Virus record (IMG/VR): IMGVR_UViG_3300049455_000013
Location: 1 to 60,671 of that record
Strand: one strand, 5' to 3'
DNA: 60,671 nucleotides
DNA from: a virus
Lineage: Duplodnaviria; Caudoviricetes
Every line of letters starts with the position of its first letter. Positions within the stretch are counted from its first letter, which is position 1. The position numbers and the translations under genes are program-made. Below, one piece after another: positions 8,655 to 19,064 of the stretch. The notes below the pieces were generated by a model that worked only from the letters and a program-made list of their open reading frames with translations, was not told the DNA's origin and did not search any database.

Positions 8655-9074
8655 ATGAGCAGCATTTTCGAGCTGGTGGACGGCTTCCCCGTATCCGCGA
8701 TCATGGTGGTCACGGACGCGGCGACGGTCGGCGTAAACGCCAGCTTCTCTCCGGTGATGCCGGTCAAGGGGACGATCGTCAAGGTCACCTACATCCCCTC
8801 GGCCGCCGTGACCGCGAACGCGACCAACTTCCGTACCTTGACGATCCGCAACAAGGGGACCAACGGGCTGGCCGGCACCACGGCGGTAGCCTCGCGGTCC
8901 TGGGCGGCCACCAACTCGGTGCTGAGCACGCCCGAGCCGTTCACCCTGTCGGGCACGCCGGCCAACCTGTTGGTTCAGGCTGGCGATGTGCTCGACCTGA
9001 ACCAGACCGCTGCCGCCGCTGGTCTCATCATCCCGGCCGGCGCCTTCTCCATCTACATCGCACCGAGCCGGTAA
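8655..9074 (+). CDS. Probable capsid-associated/decoration protein
   Basis: Beta-rich 139 aa between the two capsid genes. Confidence 0.6.
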   Translation: MSSIFELVDGFPVSAIMVVTDAATVGVNASFSPVMPVKGTIVKVTYIPSAAVTANATNFRTLTIRNKGTNGLAGTTAVASRSWAATNSVLSTPEPFTLSGTPANLLVQAGDVLDLNQTAAAAGLIIPAGAFSIYIAPSR

Positions 9075-9077
9075 CGC

Positions 9078-10004
9078 ATGGCCCAGCCGCCGCTTGTCCT
9101 GGATCCCCTGGCAGCACTTGACATACCGCCAGGTCTGTTCAACGTGGCCTCTGGCCCGCTGGATCTGCCTGACCACGGGTACACGTCGGGCGCTGTCTGG
9201 GCGCCGGACACGTGCTCGCTGGACCGGCTTTACCCGACCGCCTGCCTGAGTCCGCCCTACACCTCGTTCGTGCTGGACGCGGTTGAGCCGGTAGCCCAGG
9301 CGTTCCCGTTCGCGATCTACGCCTCGCTGTTGACCGGTGCCGCCGGCTACTCCGGGGCCGAGGCCGAGCGACGGGTGCGGGCCAGGCTCGTCCACACGGA
9401 GCAGTCGCTAGCGGAGAAGGCACTGTGGGGCGGCACGGCAACGCTGTTCACCAACCAGCAGAACTACGCCGGCACCATGCCCGGCACGGCTGGCGGGACC
9501 GGCGTCGCGGGTGTGGCTGGTGGCATCTTCGCCCAGCTCGCCAACGTGGGCGCGGCGGCCGGCTTCCAGGATCTCGGCACGGCAACCTCGGTGACGGAGG
9601 GCCTGTCCCTGCTGGAGCAGGCGGCGGCGGACAGCTACTACGGTCCGGCCGTGGTGCACGCACGTCCCCGCATCGCGTCGTACGCCGGCAAGAACGGGCT
9701 GTTCCGGGTGTGCGGCCTGCCGCCGGGGCCGACAAATAACTACATGTTTACCCAAAACCTGAACGTGTGGAACTTCGGGAACGGGTACGCCGGTACCGGG
9801 CCGACCGGCCAGGCGGTCGACGCGACCAGCGAATACATGTGGGCCACGGGACGGGTGATCGTCTGGCGCTCGCCGGACATCTTCGTCTCTGACCCTGACG
9901 TGCTGCTGGACCGCACATCCAACCAGCGCGGGCTCTATGCGTTCCGCAACTACATGATCGGCGTGGAGTGCTTCGCCGCTACCGTCAAGGTAACAAGGGT
10001 GTAA
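9078..10004 (+). CDS. Major capsid pentamer protein
   Basis: Position and motifs (PFAIYAS, EKALW, GLSLLE, GNGY, WATGRV..WRS, N) match the cluster-B-like pentamer protein. Confidence 0.75.
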   Translation: MAQPPLVLDPLAALDIPPGLFNVASGPLDLPDHGYTSGAVWAPDTCSLDRLYPTACLSPPYTSFVLDAVEPVAQAFPFAIYASLLTGAAGYSGAEAERRVRARLVHTEQSLAEKALWGGTATLFTNQQNYAGTMPGTAGGTGVAGVAGGIFAQLANVGAAAGFQDLGTATSVTEGLSLLEQAAADSYYGPAVVHARPRIASYAGKNGLFRVCGLPPGPTNNYMFTQNLNVWNFGNGYAGTGPTGQAVDATSEYMWATGRVIVWRSPDIFVSDPDVLLDRTSNQRGLYAFRNYMIGVECFAATVKVTRV

Positions 10005-10018
10005 GGGAGAAAGGCGAC

Positions 10019-10354
10019 ATGGCAGCAGAGATCATCCTCGATCCCGAGCGCAGCCACGAGGAGCAGATGCAGGAGATCCTGGCGCTCGTGGAAGACGGCA
10101 GCGGCGACGAGGCGCACGTGCACTGGTACCCCCGGCCGGACAAGCCGCATGGCGGCGTGGTCGCGGTACCCGAGCACATCGCCGAAGCGCACGCCTCGCA
10201 GTCCAGCTCGGACGACGAAGCGGCCTCGGGCGACGAGCACGCCACTCCCCGCCGTCGCGGGCGTCCCCGCCGGGCGTCCCCGCCGACTCCCGCCGAGGCG
10301 CTAGCCCCGGTTTCGGGCGACGCGGGCGCGGGGAGCGGTGGAGGTAGCGCCTGA
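10019..10354 (+). CDS. Hypothetical protein
   Basis: GGGAG RBS; TGATG coupling to the next gene. Confidence 0.65.
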   Translation: MAAEIILDPERSHEEQMQEILALVEDGSGDEAHVHWYPRPDKPHGGVVAVPEHIAEAHASQSSSDDEAASGDEHATPRRRGRPRRASPPTPAEALAPVSGDAGAGSGGGSA

Positions 10355-11031
10355 TGGCCACTACCCAGATGCGTCGATTCAAGGGCAAGGCCATGCGCCT
10401 GACCTTGCTCGACGTCTGTGGCGCCATCGTGCACGGCGCCAGCTCGACCGTAGTGAACAAGGGCTTCGTCAAGGCGACGTTGCACCCCAACTACGAGAAC
10501 AACACTTCGTACCTGGTGCGCAACGCGAACGACGAGTTCGAGATCAACGAGGAGGGTCTTCCGCTGTTGCGGTGGTGGGAGGTCACCCTGGAGTTCGTCA
10601 ACGTGGACCCGGCGCTGGTCAACATCGTGGCCGGGACTCCGCTGGTGCTCGACGACGCGGGCACCCCGAACGTGATCGGCTGGCGCTCCCGCGAGGGCGT
10701 GACCAACCAGTTCGCGCTGGAGGGCTGGACGGACCTGTCGGGCGCGGCGTGCGTGGCCGGCACCAAGTCCTACGGCTACTGGCTGCTGCCGTTCCTGATT
10801 AACGGCCAGCTCGGGGACGTGGTAGTGGAGAACGCGGCGGCCACCTTCACGCTCAGCGCGCACACCCACAACAGCTCACCGTGGGGCGTCGGTCCGTACA
10901 ACATCCGCAACAGCGCGATCTCCGTTCCCTCGCCGCTGCTGACCGCGATCAACGCGCTCGACCACTTCCACACGGAGGTCACGACCCTGGCGCCTCCGAC
11001 TCCGACTGTTGGCGCGGTACTGCTGCCGTAA
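10354..11031 (+). CDS. Major tail protein
   Basis: MRLTLLDVCG...GFVK...VDPALV...FALEGW...YGYWLLP. Confidence 0.85.
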   Translation: MATTQMRRFKGKAMRLTLLDVCGAIVHGASSTVVNKGFVKATLHPNYENNTSYLVRNANDEFEINEEGLPLLRWWEVTLEFVNVDPALVNIVAGTPLVLDDAGTPNVIGWRSREGVTNQFALEGWTDLSGAACVAGTKSYGYWLLPFLINGQLGDVVVENAAATFTLSAHTHNSSPWGVGPYNIRNSAISVPSPLLTAINALDHFHTEVTTLAPPTPTVGAVLLP

Positions 11032-11049
11032 CGGAAAGGAACCCGCGCC

Positions 11050-11562
11050 ATGGCGCAGACTCTTGATTCACAACTGCTCAGCCTGAACATCCAGGCCACG
11101 ATCAACAACCCGAAGGCCCAGCAGAGCGTCCAGGCCGTGCTCAACCTGGCCGCCGCTGCCGCGCTCCAGACCGGCACCGGAGCCAGCCAGGCCGACCGGC
11201 TCTGGGCCGACACGCGCACGATCGCGATCTCGGGCACCGACCCGCTCGACCTGGCTGGCGGCCTGATCGACGCGGTGGGTACCACCATGACCCTGTTGCG
11301 CGCGAAGCTGCTCTACCTGAAGGCGTCGGCGGCCAACACCAACAACCTCGTCGTCGGCAACGGCACCAACCCGTTCATCAACTGGGTTGGTGCGGCGGCC
11401 CATACGGTGACGGTCCGACCGGGCGGGATCTTCCTGCTGTTCGCGCCGGATGCGGTGGCCTACGGGGTCACGGCCGCCACCGGGGACGTGTGGCAGATCG
11501 CCAACTCGGGCGCCGGTACCTCGGTGACCTACGACGTGGTGGTTATCGGCTCCAGCGCGTAA
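11050..11562 (+). CDS. Virion structural protein (tail-associated)
   Basis: Position; beta-rich, Ala/Thr-rich. Confidence 0.6.
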   Translation: MAQTLDSQLLSLNIQATINNPKAQQSVQAVLNLAAAAALQTGTGASQADRLWADTRTIAISGTDPLDLAGGLIDAVGTTMTLLRAKLLYLKASAANTNNLVVGNGTNPFINWVGAAAHTVTVRPGGIFLLFAPDAVAYGVTAATGDVWQIANSGAGTSVTYDVVVIGSSA

Positions 11563-11637
11563 CACGCGGCGCTACGCTGTCGGCAGGCACCACCATCGGG
11601 GGTGTGCCTGCCGACTTCCGTTTCAGGTGGAGGATGC

Positions 11638-12441
11638 ATGGCCCAGAACGTTGACGCGCCATGCTCGGGCGTGGGCCTGTCCGGCTGGGTGCCCGACGTT
11701 TCCACCTGCACCACCTGGGGTGACTATTCGCCCGCGATCCAGAACTACGCGCTCCAGTTCGCCACCTACGTGCTGTGGGCGGCCACCGGGCGCCAGTACG
11801 GGCTCTGCTCGATCCAGGTCCGGCCGGTCCGGCACCGAACCATGCCGACGTACGTCACGTACCCGGCCGTGTTCGACCCGTGGGGCGGGAGCGCCGGCAC
11901 CTTCTCCTGGGGCCTGATGTCCTCGGGCAGCGGTACCCAGCTCATCAACTTCGCCGAGATGCAGCCCGGGGCGCCGTCTGAAATCCTGCTGCCCGGCCCG
12001 GTCAACGACGTATCGAGCGTGAGCATTGACGGCGTGCTGGTGACGCCGAGCGCGTACCGGCTGGACGGGAGCCGCCTGGTGCGCCAGGACGGCAACTCGT
12101 GGCCGTTCGCCCAGGACTTGACCCAGCCGCTCGGGCAGCCCAACACCTGGTCGATCACCTACATCCGGGGCGAGCCGGTACCGGCGGTAATCAACGGTGC
12201 GGCTGGGCTCTATGCCTGCCAGGTGGCGAAGGCGCGCAGCGGCGGGGCGTGCGTGCTGCCGAACCGGATCACGTCCATCACGCGCCAGGGCGTCTCGGTG
12301 CAGACGGTCTCCGTGGACGAGCTGCTGGAGAAGGGCCTCACGGGGGTGTCCGATGTGGACACTCTCATCCTGGCCGTCAACCCGTTCCATGCGCGCTCGC
12401 GCCCGCGAGTGGTCTCCCAGGATGTGCAGAGGTTCCGCTGA
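11638..12441 (+). CDS. Head-to-tail adaptor
   Basis: LWAATGRQYGLC..VRP, LPGPV, LVRQDG..WP..QDL, C.LP.R..SITRQGV, GLTG...VD. Confidence 0.85.
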   Translation: MAQNVDAPCSGVGLSGWVPDVSTCTTWGDYSPAIQNYALQFATYVLWAATGRQYGLCSIQVRPVRHRTMPTYVTYPAVFDPWGGSAGTFSWGLMSSGSGTQLINFAEMQPGAPSEILLPGPVNDVSSVSIDGVLVTPSAYRLDGSRLVRQDGNSWPFAQDLTQPLGQPNTWSITYIRGEPVPAVINGAAGLYACQVAKARSGGACVLPNRITSITRQGVSVQTVSVDELLEKGLTGVSDVDTLILAVNPFHARSRPRVVSQDVQRFR

Positions 12442-12980
12442 TGGCCTATGTTCCTGATCCGACCGTCTGGCCGGCGCTGGTCGACATCCTGGCCGCCTTC
12501 CAGGTGGAGCTGGCTAAGACGCACACTGCACCCGCGCACTACCGGCATGTGCCCGGCCTGGCCACCGTACTCGCGCTGACCCCCGAGGGGGATGAGTGTT
12601 GCGAGGGTGTGGCCTGGGTGCGGTTGACCGACATCTTCGCCAGCCTGGAGTTTCCCGCCCAGCAGTCCACCTGGGAGCCGGAGGGCGAAGTGAGCTGGAC
12701 GGTGGTCACGGAGATCGGGGTGGCGCGCTGCGGGGGCGGCCCCGGCCCGAACATGGCCCCTACGGACGCCCAGTACCTCGCGGATGTCCAGACCCTCATG
12801 GACGATGCTGCCGCGATGCGTCGGGTCGGGCCGAACCTCAAGGCGACATCGACGCACATCCTTGACTACTTCTATGGTCCGGGCTCGTACAACCAGGGAA
12901 CCGCCGAGGGTAACTGCATGCTGGGCGTGATGCACCTGTCTGTGCAGGTGCCCGCATGTGATGCGGCTGCGGCAGGATAG
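12441..12980 (+). CDS. Head-tail connector / tail terminator-like protein
   Basis: DECCEGVAWVRL, EIGVARC; position. Confidence 0.65.
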   Translation: MAYVPDPTVWPALVDILAAFQVELAKTHTAPAHYRHVPGLATVLALTPEGDECCEGVAWVRLTDIFASLEFPAQQSTWEPEGEVSWTVVTEIGVARCGGGPGPNMAPTDAQYLADVQTLMDDAAAMRRVGPNLKATSTHILDYFYGPGSYNQGTAEGNCMLGVMHLSVQVPACDAAAAG

Positions 12981-12984
12981 GGCC

Positions 12985-13209
12985 ATGCCTACCGCACGCC
13001 AGCGCGACGACAAGCCGACTCCGAGCATCAGGCCGCGCGCCGTAACGGTGGCGCTGCCGGTCGAGGAGCCGGCGCCGGCCGGGCCTACCGCGCGGGCCTA
13101 CCGCGCGCTGGTCAACTTCGACGCCTTCGAGCAGTACCAGGTGTACGACCTGGAGCCGGACGGCCGCACGTTGGCGCTGGTGGCCATGTCCTACCTGGAA
13201 GAGGTCTGA
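12985..13209 (+). CDS. Hypothetical protein
   Basis: Fills operon gap; codon usage. Confidence 0.6.
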   Translation: MPTARQRDDKPTPSIRPRAVTVALPVEEPAPAGPTARAYRALVNFDAFEQYQVYDLEPDGRTLALVAMSYLEEV

Positions 13210-13211
13210 GC

Positions 13212-13673
13212 GTGCCCAGCGTGACCCGCATCAGGGTCGAGCTGCTTCCGCGTTCGGCTCTGCTGGCCATCGCCGCCAGCTACGCCTCCCCGCACGTGGC
13301 CGAGACGACCCGGCTGATCCTGAACCGGGCGCGCGTCATGGCACCGGTACGCACCGGTAACCTCCGGGCACTGCTGGGGATGAAGATGCAGGTCAGCCCG
13401 CACTTTGTGACCGGAACCGTGGAGTCAAAAGCCAAGTACTCGATCTTCGTGCACGACGCCACGTCCCCCCACGTCATCCGGGCCAAGGGCGCCGGCTTCC
13501 TGCGCTTCGAGGCGCCGGCCGGAACGGTCCACTTCCGCCGGATGGTCTTCCACCCGGGCACCCGGGGTGTTCCGTTCCTGCGCGAGCCGATGAAGCAGAT
13601 CGGCACCGCGCGGGGGTACCGGACCACCGGGTACAGCGCGGGGTCCAAGATAGGGTTCGGCCTGTCCGGGTAG
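13212..13673 (+). CDS. HK97 gp10-like neck/tail completion protein
   Basis: APVRTGNLR, YSIFVHD.T.PH.I, V.HPGT..PFL. Confidence 0.8.
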   Translation: MPSVTRIRVELLPRSALLAIAASYASPHVAETTRLILNRARVMAPVRTGNLRALLGMKMQVSPHFVTGTVESKAKYSIFVHDATSPHVIRAKGAGFLRFEAPAGTVHFRRMVFHPGTRGVPFLREPMKQIGTARGYRTTGYSAGSKIGFGLSG

Positions 13674-13686
13674 TACCGTCGCTTAC

Positions 13687-14079
13687 ATGACAGCCCCCGA
13701 TGGACAGCGTGATACCGTCCTGCTTCCGCTTGGCACCGAGCCGGACCCCAAGAACGACCGCAAGACCCAGCCGCGCCTGATCGTGCTCCGCGTGCCGACC
13801 GAGGGCCAGATCCTCGTCCTGAGCCGGCTGCCGCGCATGATCGAGGATGCCCGAGTCCTGGAGGCGCTGATGACCTTCGGCGACGTGCTGGAGCGGCTGA
13901 TCGTGCAGGACGAGGATCGGGAGTACGCCTACAAGGGGCTGGCCAACGAGACCATCCAGACCGGCGAGTATCTGGATCTGCTGGTCAAGCTGCTGGAGCA
14001 CGTGGGCAAGCCGGCCGAGCAGGCACCGACCACCGGTCCGGCTGCGCGTAAGCGTCCGGTCGCGCGCACCCGTAGGTGA
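13687..14079 (+). CDS. Tail assembly chaperone
   Basis: Position upstream of the tape measure gene. Confidence 0.65.
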   Translation: MTAPDGQRDTVLLPLGTEPDPKNDRKTQPRLIVLRVPTEGQILVLSRLPRMIEDARVLEALMTFGDVLERLIVQDEDREYAYKGLANETIQTGEYLDLLVKLLEHVGKPAEQAPTTGPAARKRPVARTRR

Positions 14080-14630
14080 CCGGCGAGGTCTCAGCGTCGC
14101 TGCGCCTTCGGTCGGTGGAGGTTGAGCTGGGGGGCTGGGTGTTCCGCATCGACCCGCTGCCGGCCGCCGACTGGATCGAGGCCGTCCTGACCGAGGATCT
14201 GGCCGCCATCTTCCCGGGCCTGCTGCGTGACCGGGGCCTGGAGGGCGACGTGTGGGCCATGCTGCTGGACGGGACAGCGGACCGGGCCGATCTGGTTGGC
14301 GCGGGTCAGCGCGCACTGGCGGACGCGTCCGGGCGTTCCTGGTGGGAAGCCCAGCGCTTGGTGCACGCGGCAACCGAGGTCCGGACCAAGCCGGTCGTCT
14401 TCGGCGCGCTGGTCCGCGCCGGGTTCGACTTCCAGGAGCGCTCGCTGGGGGCCTTCCTGGACGCGGTGTACTCGTTCGCCGTGGAGGGCGCTACCGATGA
14501 GGCGCGGCTACGCCTGGACACCGAACTCCGCTCCCCCCCACCTGGAGTGGACGAGCAGGACGTGTACTCGGACGAGGAGGCGGAAGCGGACTTCCTGCTG
14601 GCGCTCGGGGATAGCGGCAGCGGTGCGTAG
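14076..14630 (+). CDS. Second tail assembly chaperone
   Basis: GTGA overlap; PAADW, SGRSWWEA.RL. Confidence 0.65.
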   Translation: MTGEVSASLRLRSVEVELGGWVFRIDPLPAADWIEAVLTEDLAAIFPGLLRDRGLEGDVWAMLLDGTADRADLVGAGQRALADASGRSWWEAQRLVHAATEVRTKPVVFGALVRAGFDFQERSLGAFLDAVYSFAVEGATDEARLRLDTELRSPPPGVDEQDVYSDEEAEADFLLALGDSGSGA

Positions 14631-14644
14631 ATAGCCCGTACGCT

Positions 14645-17131
14645 GTGCCCATGGCCGCAACGCTGGGACGCGCGTTGATCGAAGTGCGCGCCGATCTCAG
14701 CTCGTTCCCGACCGAGTTGCGCGCCAAGCTCAAGGCGGCCCTGGAGGAGGGCGCGGCCGGGGTCAAGTTCGACACGATCGAGGAGGCCGCCGGCCGGGCT
14801 GGCGAGCGCGCGGGCACGAAGCTGGCCGATGGCGTGGACAGCAGCTCGCGCAACCGACTCCGCTCGATCGGGGAGAACTCGGCCACCCGGTTCGCGGACG
14901 GCTTCAGCTCGTTCCTCGGCCGGGCGCTGTTCGGCCGGGCTTCCATGTGGACGAGCCTGATCGTCGCGGGCGGGACCGCCATTGCCTCCCTGCTGCCCGC
15001 TGTGTACGCGCTGGCCGCCGCTGTGCCAACGGTGCTCGGCGGCTTGGTGGCGATGGCCGCGACGTTGGTCCTGGCCTTCCATGGCGTCGGCACCGCGATC
15101 GGCGCGGCCATGTCCGGCGACACCGAGAAGCTGAATGAGGCGCTGAAGAAACTCACGCCGGCCGCGCGGTCGTTCGTGCAGGAAATCGCCAAGCTCAGGC
15201 CAGAGCTTCAGGCGCTCCAGCGCTCCGTGCAGCAAGCGTTCTTCGTCCAACTGGAAGGCTCCCTAACCAGGGTCACCCGCAACCTGTTACCCACCCTGAA
15301 ATCAGGGCTGACCGGCCTGGGTGCGAGCTTCGGGCAGGTCGGCAAGCAGATAGCCGACGCGCTGTCCGGCGGTACCGCCCGGACCGCCTTCGCCGACGTG
15401 TTCGCCGGGATGCGGACGGCCGCTTCCGCACTCGCGCCCGCGTTGGGCAACCTGACCCGTGCGTTCCTCCAGCTCATGTCGGCGGCGAACCCGATGGTCA
15501 CCACTCTGGGTGTCGGGCTGGCCCACGTGGTCGACGAGTTCTCCAGGTGGATCGACAAGGCCAGCCAGAGCGGCGCGCTCAGCTCGTTCTTCGAGGCCGG
15601 GCTGACGGTGCTGCGGACCTTCGGCACGCTGCTGGCCAACGTCGGTTCGCTGCTGAGCGCCATCGTCAACGGCCTGGTGAGCGGTGGAGGGGGCGCCTTC
15701 CTGGGCGTGCTCGGCACGCTCGTCGGGATGCTGGCGGCCCTGTTCGCCAGCGCGCAGGGGCAATCCCTGCTGAGCACGCTCGGCGAGCTGGTCTCTGTGC
15801 TCGGTGTGATGCTGACCGCCGTGCTGACTCCGCTGCTGCCGGCTGTGGCCCAGCTCGTTGACGCCTTCGGCCAGCAGCTCGTGGGCGCGATCGTGGCGCT
15901 CACGCCGAGCTTGGTGCAGCTCGCCAGCGCCCTCGTGCCGCTGCTGACCTTCGTCGCCGACCACGCCGACGTGTTCGGCCCGATCGTGCTGGGCATCGTC
16001 GCCTTCTCGGGCCTGTCCAAGCTGTTCGTCCTGCTGGTGCCGGCCATCGAGGCCGCGACCGTCGCTATGTTGGGTTTCGACGCGGCGGCCGACGCGAACC
16101 CGATCGGCCTCATAACTCTCGCGATCGAGGCGCTGATCGTCGGGATCGTCCTGCTGGTGGCCAACTGGAAGACCGTCGCCCAGTGGGGTACGGCAGCCTG
16201 GCACGGGATCCTTGCCGCCGGAAAGGCCGTGTGGGAGTGGCTGAAGGGCGCCGGCTCTGCCGTGGGGGACTGGTTCGCGGGAATCGGCGACTGGTTCGCG
16301 GCGCTGCCCGGCCGGATCGGTAGCTGGCTGGCCGCCCTACCTGGAGCGTTGGCGCAGGCGTTCGTCAACGCGGTCAACGCGGCGGCCCAGGCGCTCGGCT
16401 TCGCGGTGGGCCTCATTATCGGCGAGATGCTGTTGCTCCCTGGCCGGATCGTCAACGCGATCTCCAGCCTGGGCTCGATGCTGGCCGGCGCCTTCTCGGC
16501 AGCCTGGGCCTGGGTGGTGAGTACCGTCCAGACCGGGATAACCAACGTGCTGGCCTTCCTGGAGGCGCTTCCCGGACGTGCGGCTGCCGCGCTCGCCGCG
16601 CTCCCGGGGATGATCGGCGGGGCGTTCCGGGATGCGTGGAATTGGGCGAAGCGCGAGGTCAGTGCGGGCGCCGACGCGGTGGTCGACTTCGCGCGCAAGC
16701 TGCCCGGCCGCATCGGCGGGTTCTTCGACAACGTAGGCCACGCGATCCTGAACGGCCTCAAGTCCGGGATCAACGGCGTGATCGGCTCGTTCAACCACGG
16801 CATCGACAACGCCGGGAGCTTCCTGCACATCAGCCTGCCGCACATTCCCTACCTGGCCCAGGGTGGAATCGTCGACTCGCCCACGCTGGCGATGATCGGT
16901 GAGCGGGGCCGTGAGGTTGTCCTGCCCACCGACAACCCGGCGCGGGCGCAGGAGTTGCTGGAGCAGTCGGGCCTGGCGAGCATGATGGCCCAGGGCGCGA
17001 CCGGTTCGACCAACGTGTACGTGACGGCCGTGCTCGGCACCGGGGAGATCCTGAAGGTGCTCGATCAACGGGTGGAGCTGAAGGTCAGCAGGCAGGCGGA
17101 CAACCTGGCCAGCGGCGTAAGGAGCATGTGA
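14645..17131 (+). CDS. Tape measure protein
   Basis: 828 aa Ala/Gly/Leu-rich with Trp periodicity; C-terminal LAQGGIV..PTLAMIGERGREVVLP. Confidence 0.9.
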   Translation: MPMAATLGRALIEVRADLSSFPTELRAKLKAALEEGAAGVKFDTIEEAAGRAGERAGTKLADGVDSSSRNRLRSIGENSATRFADGFSSFLGRALFGRASMWTSLIVAGGTAIASLLPAVYALAAAVPTVLGGLVAMAATLVLAFHGVGTAIGAAMSGDTEKLNEALKKLTPAARSFVQEIAKLRPELQALQRSVQQAFFVQLEGSLTRVTRNLLPTLKSGLTGLGASFGQVGKQIADALSGGTARTAFADVFAGMRTAASALAPALGNLTRAFLQLMSAANPMVTTLGVGLAHVVDEFSRWIDKASQSGALSSFFEAGLTVLRTFGTLLANVGSLLSAIVNGLVSGGGGAFLGVLGTLVGMLAALFASAQGQSLLSTLGELVSVLGVMLTAVLTPLLPAVAQLVDAFGQQLVGAIVALTPSLVQLASALVPLLTFVADHADVFGPIVLGIVAFSGLSKLFVLLVPAIEAATVAMLGFDAAADANPIGLITLAIEALIVGIVLLVANWKTVAQWGTAAWHGILAAGKAVWEWLKGAGSAVGDWFAGIGDWFAALPGRIGSWLAALPGALAQAFVNAVNAAAQALGFAVGLIIGEMLLLPGRIVNAISSLGSMLAGAFSAAWAWVVSTVQTGITNVLAFLEALPGRAAAALAALPGMIGGAFRDAWNWAKREVSAGADAVVDFARKLPGRIGGFFDNVGHAILNGLKSGINGVIGSFNHGIDNAGSFLHISLPHIPYLAQGGIVDSPTLAMIGERGREVVLPTDNPARAQELLEQSGLASMMAQGATGSTNVYVTAVLGTGEILKVLDQRVELKVSRQADNLASGVRSM

Positions 17132-17132
17132 C

Positions 17133-19064
17133 GTGTCGTCCATTACCGCCACGGTCGACAGCCGGCGTGCCCAGGTGCGCCTGGACATCGATCTGTCGGA
17201 CGTGAACGCACCCAACGTCACCGTGACCCGAATCAACCTGGCCACCGGCACGAGCACGGTGGTCCGTTCGTACGGCTCGACCACGCTCGGAGTGCCGACG
17301 ACCCTGGTTGGCCGCCTGGTGCTGTATGACGCCGAGGCGCCGATGGATGTACCGCTGCAATATACGGCGGCCTACAACTCGGGCTCGGCGCTGGTGATCC
17401 AGAACCGGAACCCATACTTCGAGAACGGCACCATAACCCCCTGGGTCGGTAACAACGGCGCCGTAGTGCGCTCCACCAATACCCAGTTCCACCAGGGCGG
17501 CTATTCCATGCTGGTCACGCCGGACGGCGTGTCAGCGGTACCACAGGGCCAGTCAGAAGAGCTCGCGGTCACCGCGCTGAAGAGTTACACGCTCGCGGGA
17601 TGGCTGCGGACCACGAGCAATGCTACGCGGAACCTGGCGATCTTCTGGTTCACGGCCGCGCACGCGTTCATCTCCGGAAGCCAGATCGCGAACGCGCTGA
17701 TAGCGGGCACCTGGACGCAGTACGGACCTACCGCGTTCCCGGCGCCGGGAACCGCCGCGTTCGCGACCCTCGTCACCAACGACAGCGGAACGCCGGCCGC
17801 CGCGAACACCTGGCAGGGCGACGAGCTAACCCTCTCCACCACGGTCAACGTGAGCGTGACCAGCCTGGTTGTGATCGTGCCGAGTAATGGCCTGGGATGG
17901 TTGCGCGATCCCGTTCGGCCGGCGAACAGCCTGGCGCTGGACATGCGCATACCGGTCACGGCCAACACGCGCGGCCAGGGTGCGGGCGTGGCCTACCTGG
18001 GGCTCGACCAGCAGGTTGACAAGGCAAACTCCGGGTTGTTCAACGTGAACAACTCCCCGTACCCGGTCACCGTGTCCCGCGTGCGCGAGGCGGCCACGGG
18101 CGCGGTGCACCTGATGGCGCGGGCTACCCCCGACGTGGTGACGCTGAAGACTCTCCTGGCCCCCGGCTCGTCGCTGCTGCTCCAGCTCCCGAGCGCGTAC
18201 CAGGAGGACGACCGGTACCTCATGCCGGGCGACGTGACCCGGGCGCCGATCTACAACGACCAGCGGCGGGCGCGCCGGTTCTTCCTGCTGCCCTTCGCCA
18301 CCGTGCTCGCTCCAGTTGGACCGATGCAGGGTACGGCGGGCGTGCGCTGGGTGGACCTCTGTGCCCATACCGCCACCTGGGGCTCTGTCTACGCGGCCGG
18401 TGGTGGCACGTACGACGGGTTCAGCCGAACGGTTGGTGCCGGCTCCTGGGGTGTCGCGGACGTGCCGCCGGTCGCCGGGACCGCATGGACGCTGGCCGGC
18501 AACACTGCGGACATGTCGGTGGCCGGTGGGGTGGGTGTTATCGCGATCTCCGTGGTCAACACGTCTGACCGCGCGTTCGTTGGCTCTACGGCCGACGTGG
18601 AGGAGTACCTGTCCACGATCGTGCCCGTGGTGGCGCTGGGCGCCGGCTACCAGGTCGCCGTGCTGGCACGGCACGTGGACGCCAGCAACTATTACCGGCT
18701 GGGGATCGAGTTCGGGCTGGCCGGTGCGACGCTGATCTTCGTTACGAAGCGGGTAGCCGCCGTGGAGACGGTGGTTGCCTCGGTGGCCGGGCCGACGTAT
18801 GCGATCGGCCAGACCTGGCGCATCCATGCCTCGGTGGTCGGTACCGCGCTGAAGGTGTCCGGCTGGAAGGATGGCACCCCGGAGCCGGTCGAGTTCAGCG
18901 TCTCGACTACGGACGCGGCCCTGGCCGCTGCCGCGCCGTACGGGGTGTACGCCAGGGCGAACACCGGCAACACCAACGTGCTCCCGATCTCTGTCCAGGT
19001 GGAGGACTTCATGGCCAAGGGCTCCGTCACCTGGCAGGGCATCCTGGATGGGGCGCTGGCCTGA
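17133..19064 (+). CDS. Minor tail protein (distal-tail-like with carbohydrate-binding inserts)
   Basis: Follows TMP; YDAEAP.D; NPYFE..W carbohydrate-binding-module-like segment; WLRDP. Confidence 0.75.
   Translation: MSSITATVDSRRAQVRLDIDLSDVNAPNVTVTRINLATGTSTVVRSYGSTTLGVPTTLVGRLVLYDAEAPMDVPLQYTAAYNSGSALVIQNRNPYFENGTITPWVGNNGAVVRSTNTQFHQGGYSMLVTPDGVSAVPQGQSEELAVTALKSYTLAGWLRTTSNATRNLAIFWFTAAHAFISGSQIANALIAGTWTQYGPTAFPAPGTAAFATLVTNDSGTPAAANTWQGDELTLSTTVNVSVTSLVVIVPSNGLGWLRDPVRPANSLALDMRIPVTANTRGQGAGVAYLGLDQQVDKANSGLFNVNNSPYPVTVSRVREAATGAVHLMARATPDVVTLKTLLAPGSSLLLQLPSAYQEDDRYLMPGDVTRAPIYNDQRRARRFFLLPFATVLAPVGPMQGTAGVRWVDLCAHTATWGSVYAAGGGTYDGFSRTVGAGSWGVADVPPVAGTAWTLAGNTADMSVAGGVGVIAISVVNTSDRAFVGSTADVEEYLSTIVPVVALGAGYQVAVLARHVDASNYYRLGIEFGLAGATLIFVTKRVAAVETVVASVAGPTYAIGQTWRIHASVVGTALKVSGWKDGTPEPVEFSVSTTDAALAAAAPYGVYARANTGNTNVLPISVQVEDFMAKGSVTWQGILDGALA

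Noticed and set aside
14040-14090. Programmed frameshift between the tail assembly chaperones
   Set aside because: No slippery heptamer seen; simple GTGA overlap
15208-16845. Long antisense ORFs (e.g. 15208-16845, 8055-9395, 33927-35348, 40842-42437, 54568-55971)
   Set aside because: Stop-poor shadow frames of high-GC genes on the opposite strand
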